In this document: positions 8,502 to 16,822 of the stretch, in pieces | How positions within the stretch are numbered: the stretch's first letter is position 1 | How the letters are laid out: every line of letters begins with the position of its first letter | NCBI GenBank assembly: GCA_037142195.1 | Contig: JBAXBA010000029.1 | Span: forward strand, 1-42,083 | DNA: 42,083 nucleotides | Direction of reading: 5' to 3' | Source: Pseudomonadota bacterium | Lineage (GTDB): Bacteria > Bdellovibrionota_B > Oligoflexia > Oligoflexales > CAIMVM01 | Program-made: the position numbers and the translations under genes | Notes under the pieces: model-generated | The model's database searches: none | Seen by the model: the letters and a program-made list of their open reading frames with translations, nothing else | What the model was told of the DNA's origin: nothing

Positions 8502-9688
8502 GGAGTGGCCTCCTGAAATAGGACCATGGCTGGATCGGGAGTGAGCCAAAATCCCGAGGGCGAAAGTGAGGCACGGCTAAAGATCGCAGCAAATATGTTG
8601 TCTGGTGTCAGGTAGATTTTGTTGCCAGTGCCAGTAGAACCAAAAATGGGATCCATCGGCACCCCCATAAGATTGCTATCAAATTGCCCGACGACCTTTC
8701 CACCAGTCCAAAGCTTTGACCAGAGGAGAAGGCTTGTATATGGCCATGGGTTTTTTCCACCCTGGGCGTTTAGGAGGGGATTTCTTCCCAAGTTTGAGCG
8801 GACGACTACAACGATGTTGTCGCTTAAGTCACTGGAGACTATTTCTGAAATAAGCCAGGTGAGATCTGAAAATAGGGATTCATAGAGTGTGTTCTGCTCA
8901 GTAAAATGAGAAGTTCCAGGAGATCTCGTGTTCCATTCATCGGGTTTTCCGTGCCGGATAGTTGCTACGCCAGTAAGATTGTTTTTAAAAGAAGTGAGAG
9001 CTATGGAGGCGCGGTTTTTAAAATCTGAGAGAGCCGGATTGTAAAGTCCAGAAAAAACTGGACGCAGCGACAGGTTTCTCTTTTGATTTAAGTAGAGGGT
9101 ACTTATTTTAGTAGTATCCAAATTAGTGCCGCTTTTTCCGGAAAGGGCATTTTCATAGGACCAATTGCTCCAATCAGAAACACTTGCAGGTACCTGCAAG
9201 CTTTCTGAAGTCCAACGTTTTACATCGTCAAGCTTGAGCTGATAGCTTTTTCCTTGAAATTCGCCAGGAACAGAAGGGCTATCTATCAATAGATGAGGAA
9301 TCGTGAGATAGGGAAACACTTGGGAAGCGTACCATGTCATGTAATCCGTATAGACTTCGCTAGTTCGTTGCTTTGCAATTCCCATTTGGGCTATGGTGTC
9401 GCTTGCCCCAATACCTTTTGTGTAGAGTCCATTGATAATTATGGTCTTGGTTGCCTCAGCTGTCATAAATGTATCTACGGATGGCCTTGAAGATTTACTG
9501 ACCCAGCTCAAACCAGAAGAAGTAGTTAGCGCTCCACCGTCTGTAGCAATACCCCCGATGTCGCCTTTGTAGTCAAATACCATTGTGGGATCCCATCCGC
9601 CTTCGACATTTATTACTAGTATTTTTGGAGGTACTGCCAAGGCACTGTAGCTAAATATCAATGTGAGGAGGGAAAACAAAATTTTCAT
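8498..9688 (-). CDS. DUF1501-like exported protein
   Basis: Sec-type signal MKILFSLLTLIFSYSALA; family-like segments ILVINVEGGWDPTMVFD, VVVVRSNLGRNP, WPYTS and GGKVVG. ATG at 9688 is preceded by AAGGA. Confidence 0.7.
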   Translation of the reverse strand: MKILFSLLTLIFSYSALAVPPKILVINVEGGWDPTMVFDYKGDIGGIATDGGALTTSSGLSWVSKSSRPSVDTFMTAEATKTIIINGLYTKGIGASDTIAQMGIAKQRTSEVYTDYMTWYASQVFPYLTIPHLLIDSPSVPGEFQGKSYQLKLDDVKRWTSESLQVPASVSDWSNWSYENALSGKSGTNLDTTKISTLYLNQKRNLSLRPVFSGLYNPALSDFKNRASIALTSFKNNLTGVATIRHGKPDEWNTRSPGTSHFTEQNTLYESLFSDLTWLISEIVSSDLSDNIVVVVRSNLGRNPLLNAQGGKNPWPYTSLLLWSKLWTGGKVVGQFDSNLMGVPMDPIFGSTGTGNKIYLTPDNIFAAIFSRASLSPSGFWLTPDPAMVLFQEATP

Positions 9689-9699
9689 TTTTTCTGTCC

Positions 9700-11436
9700 T
9701 TAGTAGATGATGAATTCTGGTGCTATAAGAATCGAGGTTAAAACCCATTTCCATGCATTGCGAGCTTTTTCTAGATCGGTTGAGCCCGTTTGTATGGATT
9801 CACTATACACGCTATACAATTTGGAAATTCGGTAGTCTGAGCTTGTTGTCTTTAGGGAAGTCCACTTATTCCAAGTGTCTGATATTTGATTTTTGACCTC
9901 AGTGGATGTCGCTCCAAAGGCATCAAAATCTGGTACGCTCGAGAGCACCTTTCTGTTTTGGGCTAGTGCAGTTGACGAGAGCTCTGTGGCGACTACGGCA
10001 TCAGCAATTCTCACCGCGAGATCAAATGCGGATTGTGTGTAGATTTCGCTAGGAATGAACTGCTTTTCATAACCATTTAGACGTTGTCGTGGCACTAAGT
10101 TTGCAAGGGGAATAATTTCCGGATTGCCCGCTGACTTTCCGATGGCGGGGTTTTGAAGTACAAGATTTCTTATCGTATATTGGGGCAGGATTTGCTTTAT
10201 AAAGCCATCCCATTGGGCAGGTCCAAATACGCGGACGCTGCTTAGGTTGTTAGTAATGGATCCAGCGCTACCAAATACTTGGTGTTGATACTCGGGACTC
10301 GCAATGATGTCCGACACGAGATTTCTTACATTTTTAGATTCCGTCCATCGTTCAAAAAGAATTTGCTTGAGATCTTGGTCGGCTAGGCTACTCAGTTTTC
10401 TCTGAAAGATCTCTTCAACAACATTTTCAAGCTCGCAGCTGGATATTCTGGAATCTGCGCTTATTAGATTCGCAAGTTCGTCAGGAGTTAGGTAGGATTT
10501 TCCTTTGTAAATGCCTGAAGAAAACGCGTTTTGATCGTAAGTGAGCCAATTCGTAAGAGTCGTGGAACTAGATAGGTAGGGTAGTCCTTCAGCCAAAGTA
10601 TGAAATTGATTATGGCAGCTCGTACAACTTGAGTGAGAAGATGCGGTAGACAAGAGGCTGCTATCAACAGTTTTTATGCCTGCCTGCCCAAAATTATGGG
10701 CGGTAGCGCTATTAAAACTGAGACAGGTAAGTTTCCGGATAGCTTCCGCAGCGCCGCTATAGTTTTTGGATCCTGAAGTTTTTGGCAAAGAAGCATTCCA
10801 GCCAAAGCTGGATAGAATTCCGAGATTTGGTCTTGAAATATCACTATAGACCACAACATTTGTGTCAACATCTGGCCCTTGAGCAGAAGTTTGATTGTAA
10901 AAAATGGCCGTAGAGGGTTCCATGAGGCTGTACTTTTTAGTGAATATTTTTTCGAAGGATTCATCTTGGCTGATCATAAATCTTAAAGTTTTAATCGGAT
11001 CATCCAGCAATAAATCCGTGCTTGCCGTGGTCATTGCCGTGCGAAGAGCAGCGTCTGTGGCGGATAGCTGCTCGAGGGTTTTTGGCTGCCAAAGGTCCCA
11101 GAAGTTCCTGTGAAGGGTTGCCATAGCACTATCGGCATCATTTGACTTTAGAAAGAAAGTTGTAAGGCTTTCTGCGGTATCGATATTTCGTGTATAGATT
11201 TCGGTTTCTTCGCTTGAGGGGAGTCGATTTTGAAGGTCGAGGGTAAGCCTTCGTATTTGCCTGGAAGGATTTTTATAAACAGTATCTTTATTCTTTGAAG
11301 GTGTTGAAGAGGCAGTTGTGGGGGCTGCGCTATTGTTCGGTTTTTTTTGAGGAGTTTTGGATAGGGTTTCGATATCCTTCCCGCATTGCAAGCTGAAGAA
11401 CACTATGATGAAGATTTTCCATGTTCGACTGGTCAC
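9700..11436 (-). CDS. DUF1585/DUF1588/DUF1553-like (planctomycete/myxobacterial PSD-type) CxxCH lipoprotein
   Basis: Signal ending SLQC; RQIRRLTLDLQNRLPSSEE, CTSCH, VRNLVSDIIASPEY and terminal AWKWVLTSILIAPEFIIY. GTG start with a GGGAGG RBS. Confidence 0.7.
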   Translation of the reverse strand: MTSRTWKIFIIVFFSLQCGKDIETLSKTPQKKPNNSAAPTTASSTPSKNKDTVYKNPSRQIRRLTLDLQNRLPSSEETEIYTRNIDTAESLTTFFLKSNDADSAMATLHRNFWDLWQPKTLEQLSATDAALRTAMTTASTDLLLDDPIKTLRFMISQDESFEKIFTKKYSLMEPSTAIFYNQTSAQGPDVDTNVVVYSDISRPNLGILSSFGWNASLPKTSGSKNYSGAAEAIRKLTCLSFNSATAHNFGQAGIKTVDSSLLSTASSHSSCTSCHNQFHTLAEGLPYLSSSTTLTNWLTYDQNAFSSGIYKGKSYLTPDELANLISADSRISSCELENVVEEIFQRKLSSLADQDLKQILFERWTESKNVRNLVSDIIASPEYQHQVFGSAGSITNNLSSVRVFGPAQWDGFIKQILPQYTIRNLVLQNPAIGKSAGNPEIIPLANLVPRQRLNGYEKQFIPSEIYTQSAFDLAVRIADAVVATELSSTALAQNRKVLSSVPDFDAFGATSTEVKNQISDTWNKWTSLKTTSSDYRISKLYSVYSESIQTGSTDLEKARNAWKWVLTSILIAPEFIIY

Positions 11437-11457
11437 CTACCAAGCCCTCCCTCGTTT

Positions 11458-11484
11458 TTATCGGAGAGAGCCTAGAGATCATCA
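11458..11484 (-). promoter_or_regulatory. Possible sigma28-type promoter of the DUF1585/DUF1501 operon
   Basis: TCCGATAA on the minus strand at 11465-11458, about 20 bp upstream of the start; the -35 is poor. Confidence 0.35.
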
Positions 11485-11492
11485 GAGGCAAT

Positions 11493-11520
11493 TTATGCCT
11501 CGTAAATTATGCCTCGTAAA
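11493..11520. repeat. Exact 14-bp tandem duplication spanning a stop codon
   Basis: TTATGCCTCGTAAA twice; duplicates the last codons and stop of the 11507-12625 gene. Confidence 0.85.
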
Positions 11521-12625
11521 GAGTGCCTTTAAGTTGCGGCTTAACAGTGCCAGGCATTTTCACAACATCAGTATCGGTGCAAAGAAGATAGCTATAGTGG
11601 CCCCACGGCGCATCTTTGGTGGTAGGCCGGCCGATGACAACTTTTTGATTTTCTAGGGTATGGATTTTGCGGACCATCGCGCTATTGGCATAAACAAAGC
11701 CACTCACGCCTAGAACGGTTCTTGAGATAGCCAAAGATTCTTCAATTTTTCTTTGTAATACAGGCTTTTCCCAAGCCAACTCAGAATAGCACCAGTCGCG
11801 GCCACTCTCTATAAGGGGACACGGTTTAGCAGAGGGACAAGGATAGATTGGGGTTAGTTCCTTTTCGCGAAGATCTTCTCGAAGTTTCATAGCAGACTTA
11901 GCGCCGAGCTCATCAGAGGGATCTAAAATAACGATAAGTGACGGAGATTTACTTTTTGCAATATCTCCCATGATTTTAAATAGCCGTGCTTTAGCGGCCT
12001 TATTTTTATAAATTTCGTTCCAGACGTATCCTAAACAGAGGACGACGGGATGATCCAACTGGAGGGCAACGGACTGGGTTTCGATAAACCCCCGGTGGCC
12101 TGTAAACTCAAGTCCTAAGCTTTTAGACATATAGGCGGCAGTTTCGAGAAGGCTATTGGAGGAGTCCACTCCATCGATTTTAACTTGGTTAGGGCTCACA
12201 TTTTGGACAAGCCAATGGGCAGCAGCAATACCAGCAGCTCCGCTGCCACAACCTAGGTCTACCACTTGAATATGTTTAGCTTTAAGGGTTTTGGCTAGGG
12301 CGGGTGTTCGGGTCATCATCCTCTCTAGGATGGACCAGGTCTTAAATTGATTGACGAGGTGAAAGCCAGCAAGATAGGCATGGGTCTTTTCACGTCCAGC
12401 CAATAGATTTTTAACCAGCCCAGATCTTTCCTGGGTAAAGGTCTCCCATAGTTTTTCTATATTCGGCATGGAAAGAGAGGCCGAGCGCATCGCTAAGCGT
12501 TTTAACTCGACGCTGCTAAAAAGTTCAGGGTCTCGCTGATTTTTTCCAAACATAACGAGTGCTTTCATCCAGGAGAGCTCTAGCTCGCGTGGGAGTTTTA
12601 TCGAGCGGGCTGCAGGTTTATTCAT
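11507..12625 (-). CDS. Rsm22/METTL17-like class I SAM-dependent methyltransferase-fold protein
   Basis: SAM motif VVDLGCGSG, AYLAGF, and the Cys cluster PCPSAKPCPL...DWC with a C-terminal LLC. Confidence 0.8.
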   Translation of the reverse strand: MNKPAARSIKLPRELELSWMKALVMFGKNQRDPELFSSVELKRLAMRSASLSMPNIEKLWETFTQERSGLVKNLLAGREKTHAYLAGFHLVNQFKTWSILERMMTRTPALAKTLKAKHIQVVDLGCGSGAAGIAAAHWLVQNVSPNQVKIDGVDSSNSLLETAAYMSKSLGLEFTGHRGFIETQSVALQLDHPVVLCLGYVWNEIYKNKAAKARLFKIMGDIAKSKSPSLIVILDPSDELGAKSAMKLREDLREKELTPIYPCPSAKPCPLIESGRDWCYSELAWEKPVLQRKIEESLAISRTVLGVSGFVYANSAMVRKIHTLENQKVVIGRPTTKDAPWGHYSYLLCTDTDVVKMPGTVKPQLKGTLYEA

Positions 12626-12731
12626 TAATTTTGTCTCCTAGATCCGTAGACCACACTGAAAAACGGTGGTATCCTCGGCCAGCCCTGTCATATCACAAAC
12701 CGCCGGGCATGCAATCACAGGGTGTTATCTT

Positions 12732-13655
12732 ATGGAAAATATTGAATTAAATTCTCAAAGCCCCGCTGCCTCAGACCTCCACATCAGAAAACCAGAGTGG
12801 CTTAAAACCAGCATTCCGACAGGAAGTGTCTTTTTTGATATTAAGAAAGATCTTCGCTCGCGGAAGCTCGTCACAGTGTGCGAAGAGGCTAAGTGTCCGA
12901 ATATTGGTAAATGCTGGAATACCAATACAGCAACTTTTATGGTGCTTGGTGACACTTGTACGAGAGGCTGCAGGTTTTGTAATGTGAAAACAGGAAATCC
13001 AGATCGTCTGCTTGATGCTTCTGAACCCTTAAACGTAGCAGAATCTGTTAAGCTTATGAATTTAAAGTATGTGGTTATAACCATGGTAGACCGCGACGAT
13101 CTAGACGATGGTGGTGCCAGGCACGTGGCCCATGTTTTGGATGAGGTGAAGCGACTCAATGAAGGTATCAAAATAGAGTTGTTAGCTGGAGACTTTAAAG
13201 GAAGTCAAGATGCTGTACGAACGATTTTAGCAGCAAGACCTGATGTCTATGCCCATAATATTGAGACTGTTGCGAGGCTTTCTCCGCGCGTGCGAGATGC
13301 TAGGGCAAATTATCATCAAAGCCTGAAAGCATTGCAGCATGCCAAAAATATCGCTGAGTATCCTCTCTATACTAAGAGTGCTTTGATGCTTGGACTCGGA
13401 GAAGAAAAAGCTGAGGTTTTTGAGGCATTGCAAGATTTAAGAGACCATGATGTCGATTTTATTACCATCGGGCAGTATATGCGGCCAACTAAAAAGCACC
13501 TGTCTATAAAGAGGTGGGTTCATCCGGATGAATTTTTAGAAATCAGCAAAAAAGCTTTAGAACTGGGCTTTAAAGGGGTGGCTTCGGCGCCGCTTGTAAG
13601 AAGCTCCTATATGGCCCGGGAATTCTATGAAAAAGCAACTGGGATAAACCTTTGA
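12732..13655 (+). CDS. lipA: Lipoyl synthase
   Basis: RKPEWL, CX4CX5C (CEEAKCPNIGKC), CX3CX2C (CTRGCRFC), HNIETV, GQY and RSSY. Confidence 0.98.
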   Translation: MENIELNSQSPAASDLHIRKPEWLKTSIPTGSVFFDIKKDLRSRKLVTVCEEAKCPNIGKCWNTNTATFMVLGDTCTRGCRFCNVKTGNPDRLLDASEPLNVAESVKLMNLKYVVITMVDRDDLDDGGARHVAHVLDEVKRLNEGIKIELLAGDFKGSQDAVRTILAARPDVYAHNIETVARLSPRVRDARANYHQSLKALQHAKNIAEYPLYTKSALMLGLGEEKAEVFEALQDLRDHDVDFITIGQYMRPTKKHLSIKRWVHPDEFLEISKKALELGFKGVASAPLVRSSYMAREFYEKATGINL

Positions 13656-14530
13656 AAGACCTTTCCCCCAAAGATAAGACGCTCTACTTTTTCATTTTGT
13701 CATTCTCACGATTTTTAGCCCATATTCCGGTGCCCTTTTTTAAGGTTGTGTGTTTGGTGATCTCTTTTCTAGTGGTGCTTTTAGCCCGAAAAGATCGAAG
13801 GATTATCAGCCAGAATGTTTATCGAGTTTTTGGGCTCGCCAAACAGAGCCGCTCTTGCCGAACTTTTGCTGACCAATGTTTGAGCAGCACCGTCCACTGC
13901 AGTTTGGAAACTCTCAGAGCCGTTTTCCATCCTAGATCAGTAAAAATCTTAGGAATGGAAAATCTATCAAAAGAGCTGTCTCGATTCTCTTCTTCCCAAG
14001 AAGTTGTATGTATTACGTCTCATTTAGGTTCCTGGGAGCTGGCGGGACATGTTCTTGCAAAGGCCAGTAACAGAAAGTTTTATGGTCTAGCTAAGCCCTC
14101 CAAGAATCCGGGCTTTTCTGAATTCTTAAATAATGTTCGCATCCGTCTGGATATAAATGTCCTTTGGACCGGCAAGTCTTCCCTTGTAAAAGACATGATG
14201 ACTGTTTTAAAGGGTGGCAATATTTTAGGCTTTGTGATGGATCAGAAACCGCTTGTCGCTAACAGCCCCAAGGTAGATTTTTTGGGCATAGAAACACCAA
14301 TGGTTAGTGGACCAGCCACGATGACCCTCCATTTTAAGTGCCCCGTGTTTGCGGTTCATGTCGTACGTGAAGGGGCTATGGTCTATAGAGTTATAACTAA
14401 AGAAATTGTTTATCAGCCTACCCAGACAGCAGAAGAATTAACGGCCACGTTTGCTTCTGAAATTGGGAATATAATTAGAGCTTACCCGGAACAGTGGTGT
14501 TGGAATTACCGTCGCTGGAGATCAAATTAG
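13652..14530 (+). CDS. Lipid A biosynthesis acyltransferase (LpxL/HtrB family)
   Basis: SHLGSWE, VMDQ, FLG and YPEQWCWNYRRW; overlaps the lipA stop by 4 bp. Confidence 0.88.
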   Translation: MKDLSPKDKTLYFFILSFSRFLAHIPVPFFKVVCLVISFLVVLLARKDRRIISQNVYRVFGLAKQSRSCRTFADQCLSSTVHCSLETLRAVFHPRSVKILGMENLSKELSRFSSSQEVVCITSHLGSWELAGHVLAKASNRKFYGLAKPSKNPGFSEFLNNVRIRLDINVLWTGKSSLVKDMMTVLKGGNILGFVMDQKPLVANSPKVDFLGIETPMVSGPATMTLHFKCPVFAVHVVREGAMVYRVITKEIVYQPTQTAEELTATFASEIGNIIRAYPEQWCWNYRRWRSN

Positions 14531-14622
14531 TTTTTTGTTCTTTAGTAAATGTCTCTTTTCATAATGGGACTTTAAAATTCCAATGGAAGCGTTTTGTATA
14601 CATTCCTAGCTACGATTGCATA

Positions 14623-14661
14623 GGAGCCTCAGTTCCCTGTGAGATAGGGAACTGAGGCTCC
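14623..14661. repeat. Perfect 16-bp inverted repeat (hairpin without a U-tract)
   Basis: GGAGCCTCAGTTCCCT-gtgagat-AGGGAACTGAGGCTCC. Confidence 0.85.
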
Positions 14662-14891
14662 CTCGCTATTAACAGATTTTGCCGTAAGGCCTTACCGAGC
14701 ATTGAGCAATGATTCGGCGAGTCCAGAAGAAGAAGTCATGGGTAGGGCAAGTTCTTTCACAAGGGGAGGCTACACTTTTCAGCTCACTTTTTAGGAAGCC
14801 CCCTCGCATCGGTTCTTTTATTTCCAAATCCTATATTGATCTTGAACGTACGGTAAGGAACAGCGATAATCGTAGTTCAATAGGAGTGACT

Positions 14892-15509
14892 ATGGAATTT
14901 CCAGTGGCCCTAGCATCTAGATTGTTCGTTCTGCTTTATATTCCTTTTCTTTCACATTCTATAAATAGTATCTACCTGTCGCTGGCGCTGTTTTTTGTCG
15001 CCCTCGCTTTGAGTCTAGCAGCCGGACAAGAAGGTTTCTCCTTGGCCCATCATCACCTGAAACACCCTAAAACATTGTCCTTGGGGCTTGTGCTAAGTTC
15101 TGTGCTAGTCGGAGTCGACAACGCCCTATTCTTTGGTCTAGGTTTGTGTCTCTTGGCAGTAATTGTCTATTATTCGTCGCTTTTCGAGCATAGTGAGAAC
15201 AGAAAAAGACTCGGTCTGCGTTATGACCTCTACAATCGGTGGGTAAGTGACTTCTTGCCTGGTGCGCTTCCCGTAGCTAGGCTCCCCCAGTCCCAAAACT
15301 TGACCCTCAAAGACAGGCTTAGAAAAATAGAGGGGACTTTATTTGCGACAGCAGTTTTAAGTATTTTGGGTGGTTTTTTGGCAGCCTATAGACCCTTCCA
15401 TGCAAACGCGATCACATTCACATTGTGGGTCATTTCTGTACTACTCTTTGTCACAAGATTTCCAGTAAAAACATGGCCTCGATTATGGCGGTCTCAATTT
15501 CAAAGATAG
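14892..15509 (+). CDS. Hypothetical integral membrane protein
   Basis: ATG at 14892 preceded by TAGGAG; about six hydrophobic segments. Confidence 0.65.
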   Translation: MEFPVALASRLFVLLYIPFLSHSINSIYLSLALFFVALALSLAAGQEGFSLAHHHLKHPKTLSLGLVLSSVLVGVDNALFFGLGLCLLAVIVYYSSLFEHSENRKRLGLRYDLYNRWVSDFLPGALPVARLPQSQNLTLKDRLRKIEGTLFATAVLSILGGFLAAYRPFHANAITFTLWVISVLLFVTRFPVKTWPRLWRSQFQR

Positions 15510-15641
15510 CGCTTTTGCTGCCTGCTTTTTCTCAATATTTCTATTTGATCTTGGTTACGCCAGAGTTCTCTCTCAGGCCGAGCGGCGTTTAGTAGGCTCC
15601 GCCTATGCCCAGGCTTGGCTGATTACCAGTTATTTGGTTGG

Positions 15642-16556
15642 CTATGGACTTCCGACCAATGTTGTAGGTCTTTCTAGTTCAGGGCGACAACTCGTAGAGA
15701 AGAGGCCGGAGGTTTGCCTATTGATAGGAAGGCAAGCATATCCTGGTTTAGTGCAGCTAAGTTCTAGTCGTCTGTTTGAGCTTACGAGAAGCGATCCATA
15801 GCCATCTGCCTTCTTTGAAAGACCGTTGTTTGTGAGGTAGAGCGAACAACTTTGTCCATACTCTGCTTGCATCTGACATCTAGAAATTCCAGATTTGTCA
15901 TCAGCTTTACATAAGGGCTCCCCAGGGCCCCAGCTGGAAGGAAATTTATCTCGCCACGAGTGACAGCCCTCGTCAGTCTTACAGTATGTGGGTTTTTCTT
16001 CTAACCAGGCAGATGTAAGTAAGTTTTGGTAGTATTTGGCAATTTGTTCTTGCAACGATAAGGAATAGGCGTGTTGGCATACACTTAGAAGATCAGACGC
16101 TTTTGGGTCGTTAACTAGAGTCCGTGAAATGAGAGGGAGCCTAAAGGTTGTGAGGTCTTTCAATTCCTTAGTGTCTTTGATGTTCTTACCAGAGATCGAG
16201 AGATTACCTGAAGTAACTGTATCTAAAATGAGATAGCTTTCAAGAGTGCAAGCAGAGTAGAACTGCCCGTCCTTTTTCTTTGAGACATATAGGTAAATCA
16301 TCCCTCTGGCGTCTGCATTCAAAACATTCCACTCCGATTTGTCTATATTCCAAAGATTTTGGGAAATGGGAATAGTGATTATTTTATCGCTTTGAAGCCG
16401 GATGGTTTCAGATTCTTGGTCACCAATCCATTGCTTGTCGAGGGCGCTGGCGGAATCATAGATACCCTGAGCAGCAATTTGCTCCGCTAAATTGTAGTCT
16501 TTGCTGCAGCTTGTAAGGCCAATGACCGTCATGATCGCTTTAAGGAATTGCTTCAT
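15642..16556 (-). CDS. Hypothetical lipoprotein with a Cys-rich C-terminal region
   Basis: Signal MKQFLKAIMTVIGLTSC; many Cys residues in the C-terminal third. Confidence 0.75.
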   Translation of the reverse strand: MKQFLKAIMTVIGLTSCSKDYNLAEQIAAQGIYDSASALDKQWIGDQESETIRLQSDKIITIPISQNLWNIDKSEWNVLNADARGMIYLYVSKKKDGQFYSACTLESYLILDTVTSGNLSISGKNIKDTKELKDLTTFRLPLISRTLVNDPKASDLLSVCQHAYSLSLQEQIAKYYQNLLTSAWLEEKPTYCKTDEGCHSWRDKFPSSWGPGEPLCKADDKSGISRCQMQAEYGQSCSLYLTNNGLSKKADGYGSLLVSSNRRLELSCTKPGYACLPINRQTSGLFSTSCRPELERPTTLVGSP

Positions 16557-16583
16557 AGTTATAACCCCCAGTATCCAGAGGTT

Positions 16584-16610
16584 TAGTCGGAACTATTTAC
16601 AAAAACTTAA
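16584..16610 (-). promoter_or_regulatory. Putative sigma28-type promoter
   Basis: TTAA(G)-N15-TCCGACTA on the minus strand, about 28 bp upstream of the 16556 start. Confidence 0.45.
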
Positions 16611-16741
16611 ATTTTAGTTTCCAGTTTCTTTGGAGGCCAGATGTCTGAATTTGCGACCGCTCGTTCGACTATAAATTTTTGCTACGGGCAACCGCATTTT
16701 ATTGCAGCAAAATTCATCATAAATTCAATCAGTTGCAGGGA

Positions 16742-16804
16742 TTAAGATTTTTGTTTGAAGTCGATCATGGGAAAAGGTTTAAGCAAATAAAAAAATGTCG
16801 ATAG
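16742..16804 (+). promoter_or_regulatory. Two tandem sigma28-like elements
   Basis: TTAAG-N13-GTCGATCA (16742-16767) and TTAAG-N13-GTCGATAG (16779-16804) upstream of the ATG at 16823. Confidence 0.35.
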
Positions 16805-16822
16805 ATAGGGATAGGGGGGGCT

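Noticed and set aside
14709..14891. N-terminal extension of the membrane protein ORF
   Set aside because: The ATG at 14892 has a good RBS and begins the hydrophobic region; the extension looks non-coding.
15577..15620. GC-rich nested hairpin between convergent genes
   Set aside because: Pairing is short and imperfect with no U-tract; at most a weak terminator.
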